DNA from: Rozella allomycis CSF55
Lineage: Eukaryota
Direction of reading: 5' to 3'
Length of the DNA stretch: 32,909 nt
Assembly (NCBI GenBank): GCA_000442015.1
Contig: KE561144.1
Coordinates: 1 to 32,909, forward strand
A program made the translations under genes and the position numbers. How positions within the stretch are numbered: position 1 is the stretch's first letter; the number at the start of each line of letters is the position of its first letter. The notes beneath the pieces were generated by a model. The model made no database searches, had not been told where the DNA came from, and saw only the letters and a list, made by a program, of their open reading frames with translations. Shown here in pieces: positions 32,521 to 32,909 of this stretch.

Positions 32521-32909
32521 TTATTTGATTATTGTTGACTTGCTCTGATTCACATATATTATAATTACAGACGTCAAAGCAGATATCAGAAATATAACGT
32601 CAAACCATCTGTGGTAAAAGTCAAACTTTATGTCCGAGAGAACGTCAACTATAATCGTCCTGTATTCTGCAGGCAAATTCATGCGAAGCATGATAACCGA
32701 AGAAAGAAAATACATTCCCATTATTTGTGCTGAAAATAGAACCATTATTCCTGAGCGCTCTTGGTTTGAGTATGATCGGAAAAACTACTGGTTTTAGTAA
32801 TTCAATGTTACCTTAATTAATTGCAACAGTAACCCCCTAACAGATGTGAATATAAGTATCCCGACTAAGGCGAAGGATATTTGTTGAGACCAAAATTGAA
32901 CGTCGAAAT
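32521..32909 (-). CDS. GPR89: Golgi pH regulator GPR89/GPHR, 3' end (continues beyond window)
   Basis: DVQFWSQQISFALVGILIFTSVRGLL, AQIMGMYFLSSVIMLRMNLPAEYRTII and FYHRWFDVIFLISA. Confidence 0.93.

Noticed and set aside
29131-32868. 411-bp inverted repeats flanking the kinase and subtilisin, resembling a composite transposon
   Set aside because: The repeat is GPR89 coding sequence plus 3' flank, the left copy lies between n junctions, and there is no transposase or target-site duplication. A misplaced allelic contig is more parsimonious.
32873-32880. ATATCCTT on the minus strand resembling a second U12 donor
   Set aside because: It lies within conserved GPR89 coding sequence (QQISFAL), and the frame needs no intron. 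The similar match near 8990 is antisense to a DDHD exon boundary.
1-32909. Prokaryotic systems (CRISPR arrays, operons, defence islands), tRNA or rRNA genes
   Set aside because: The sequence is clearly intron-containing eukaryotic DNA, and I saw no spaced repeat array or structured RNA gene.

Overview
This is AT-rich, very gene-dense eukaryotic DNA with tiny spliceosomal introns (mostly 25-31 nt) and intergenic gaps often under 100 bp. That architecture and the gene content point to an early-diverging, flagellated fungus-like parasite; Rozella/Cryptomycota is my inference and is not proven. The first ~3.4 kb is a mosaic of short pieces joined by single n's and one N gap. It holds a Ty1/copia gag with a premature stop, fragments of an RNase H-bearing non-LTR (LINE) ORF2, and a PD-(D/E)xK nuclease fragment of the Crinkler type. 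From 3.5 kb on there are about 20 host genes: cupin, ASPM, a multi-pass membrane protein, DDHD phospholipase, SFP1, NAA30, an ELM2-SANT protein, VPS55, an FHA-kinase, pirin, an Iec1-like zinc finger, a CCDC162-like giant, a CAP/SCP protein, DPY30, PPCS, a signal-peptide kinase, a subtilisin, the GPR89 3' end and several unknown genes. The most striking signals concern splicing: a probable 1-nt exon in VPS55, a U12-type AT-AC intron in PPCS, and GAG/AAG acceptors required by protein conservation. Several short duplications flanking single n's look like allelic assembly artefacts. All gene models were built by hand without database searches.
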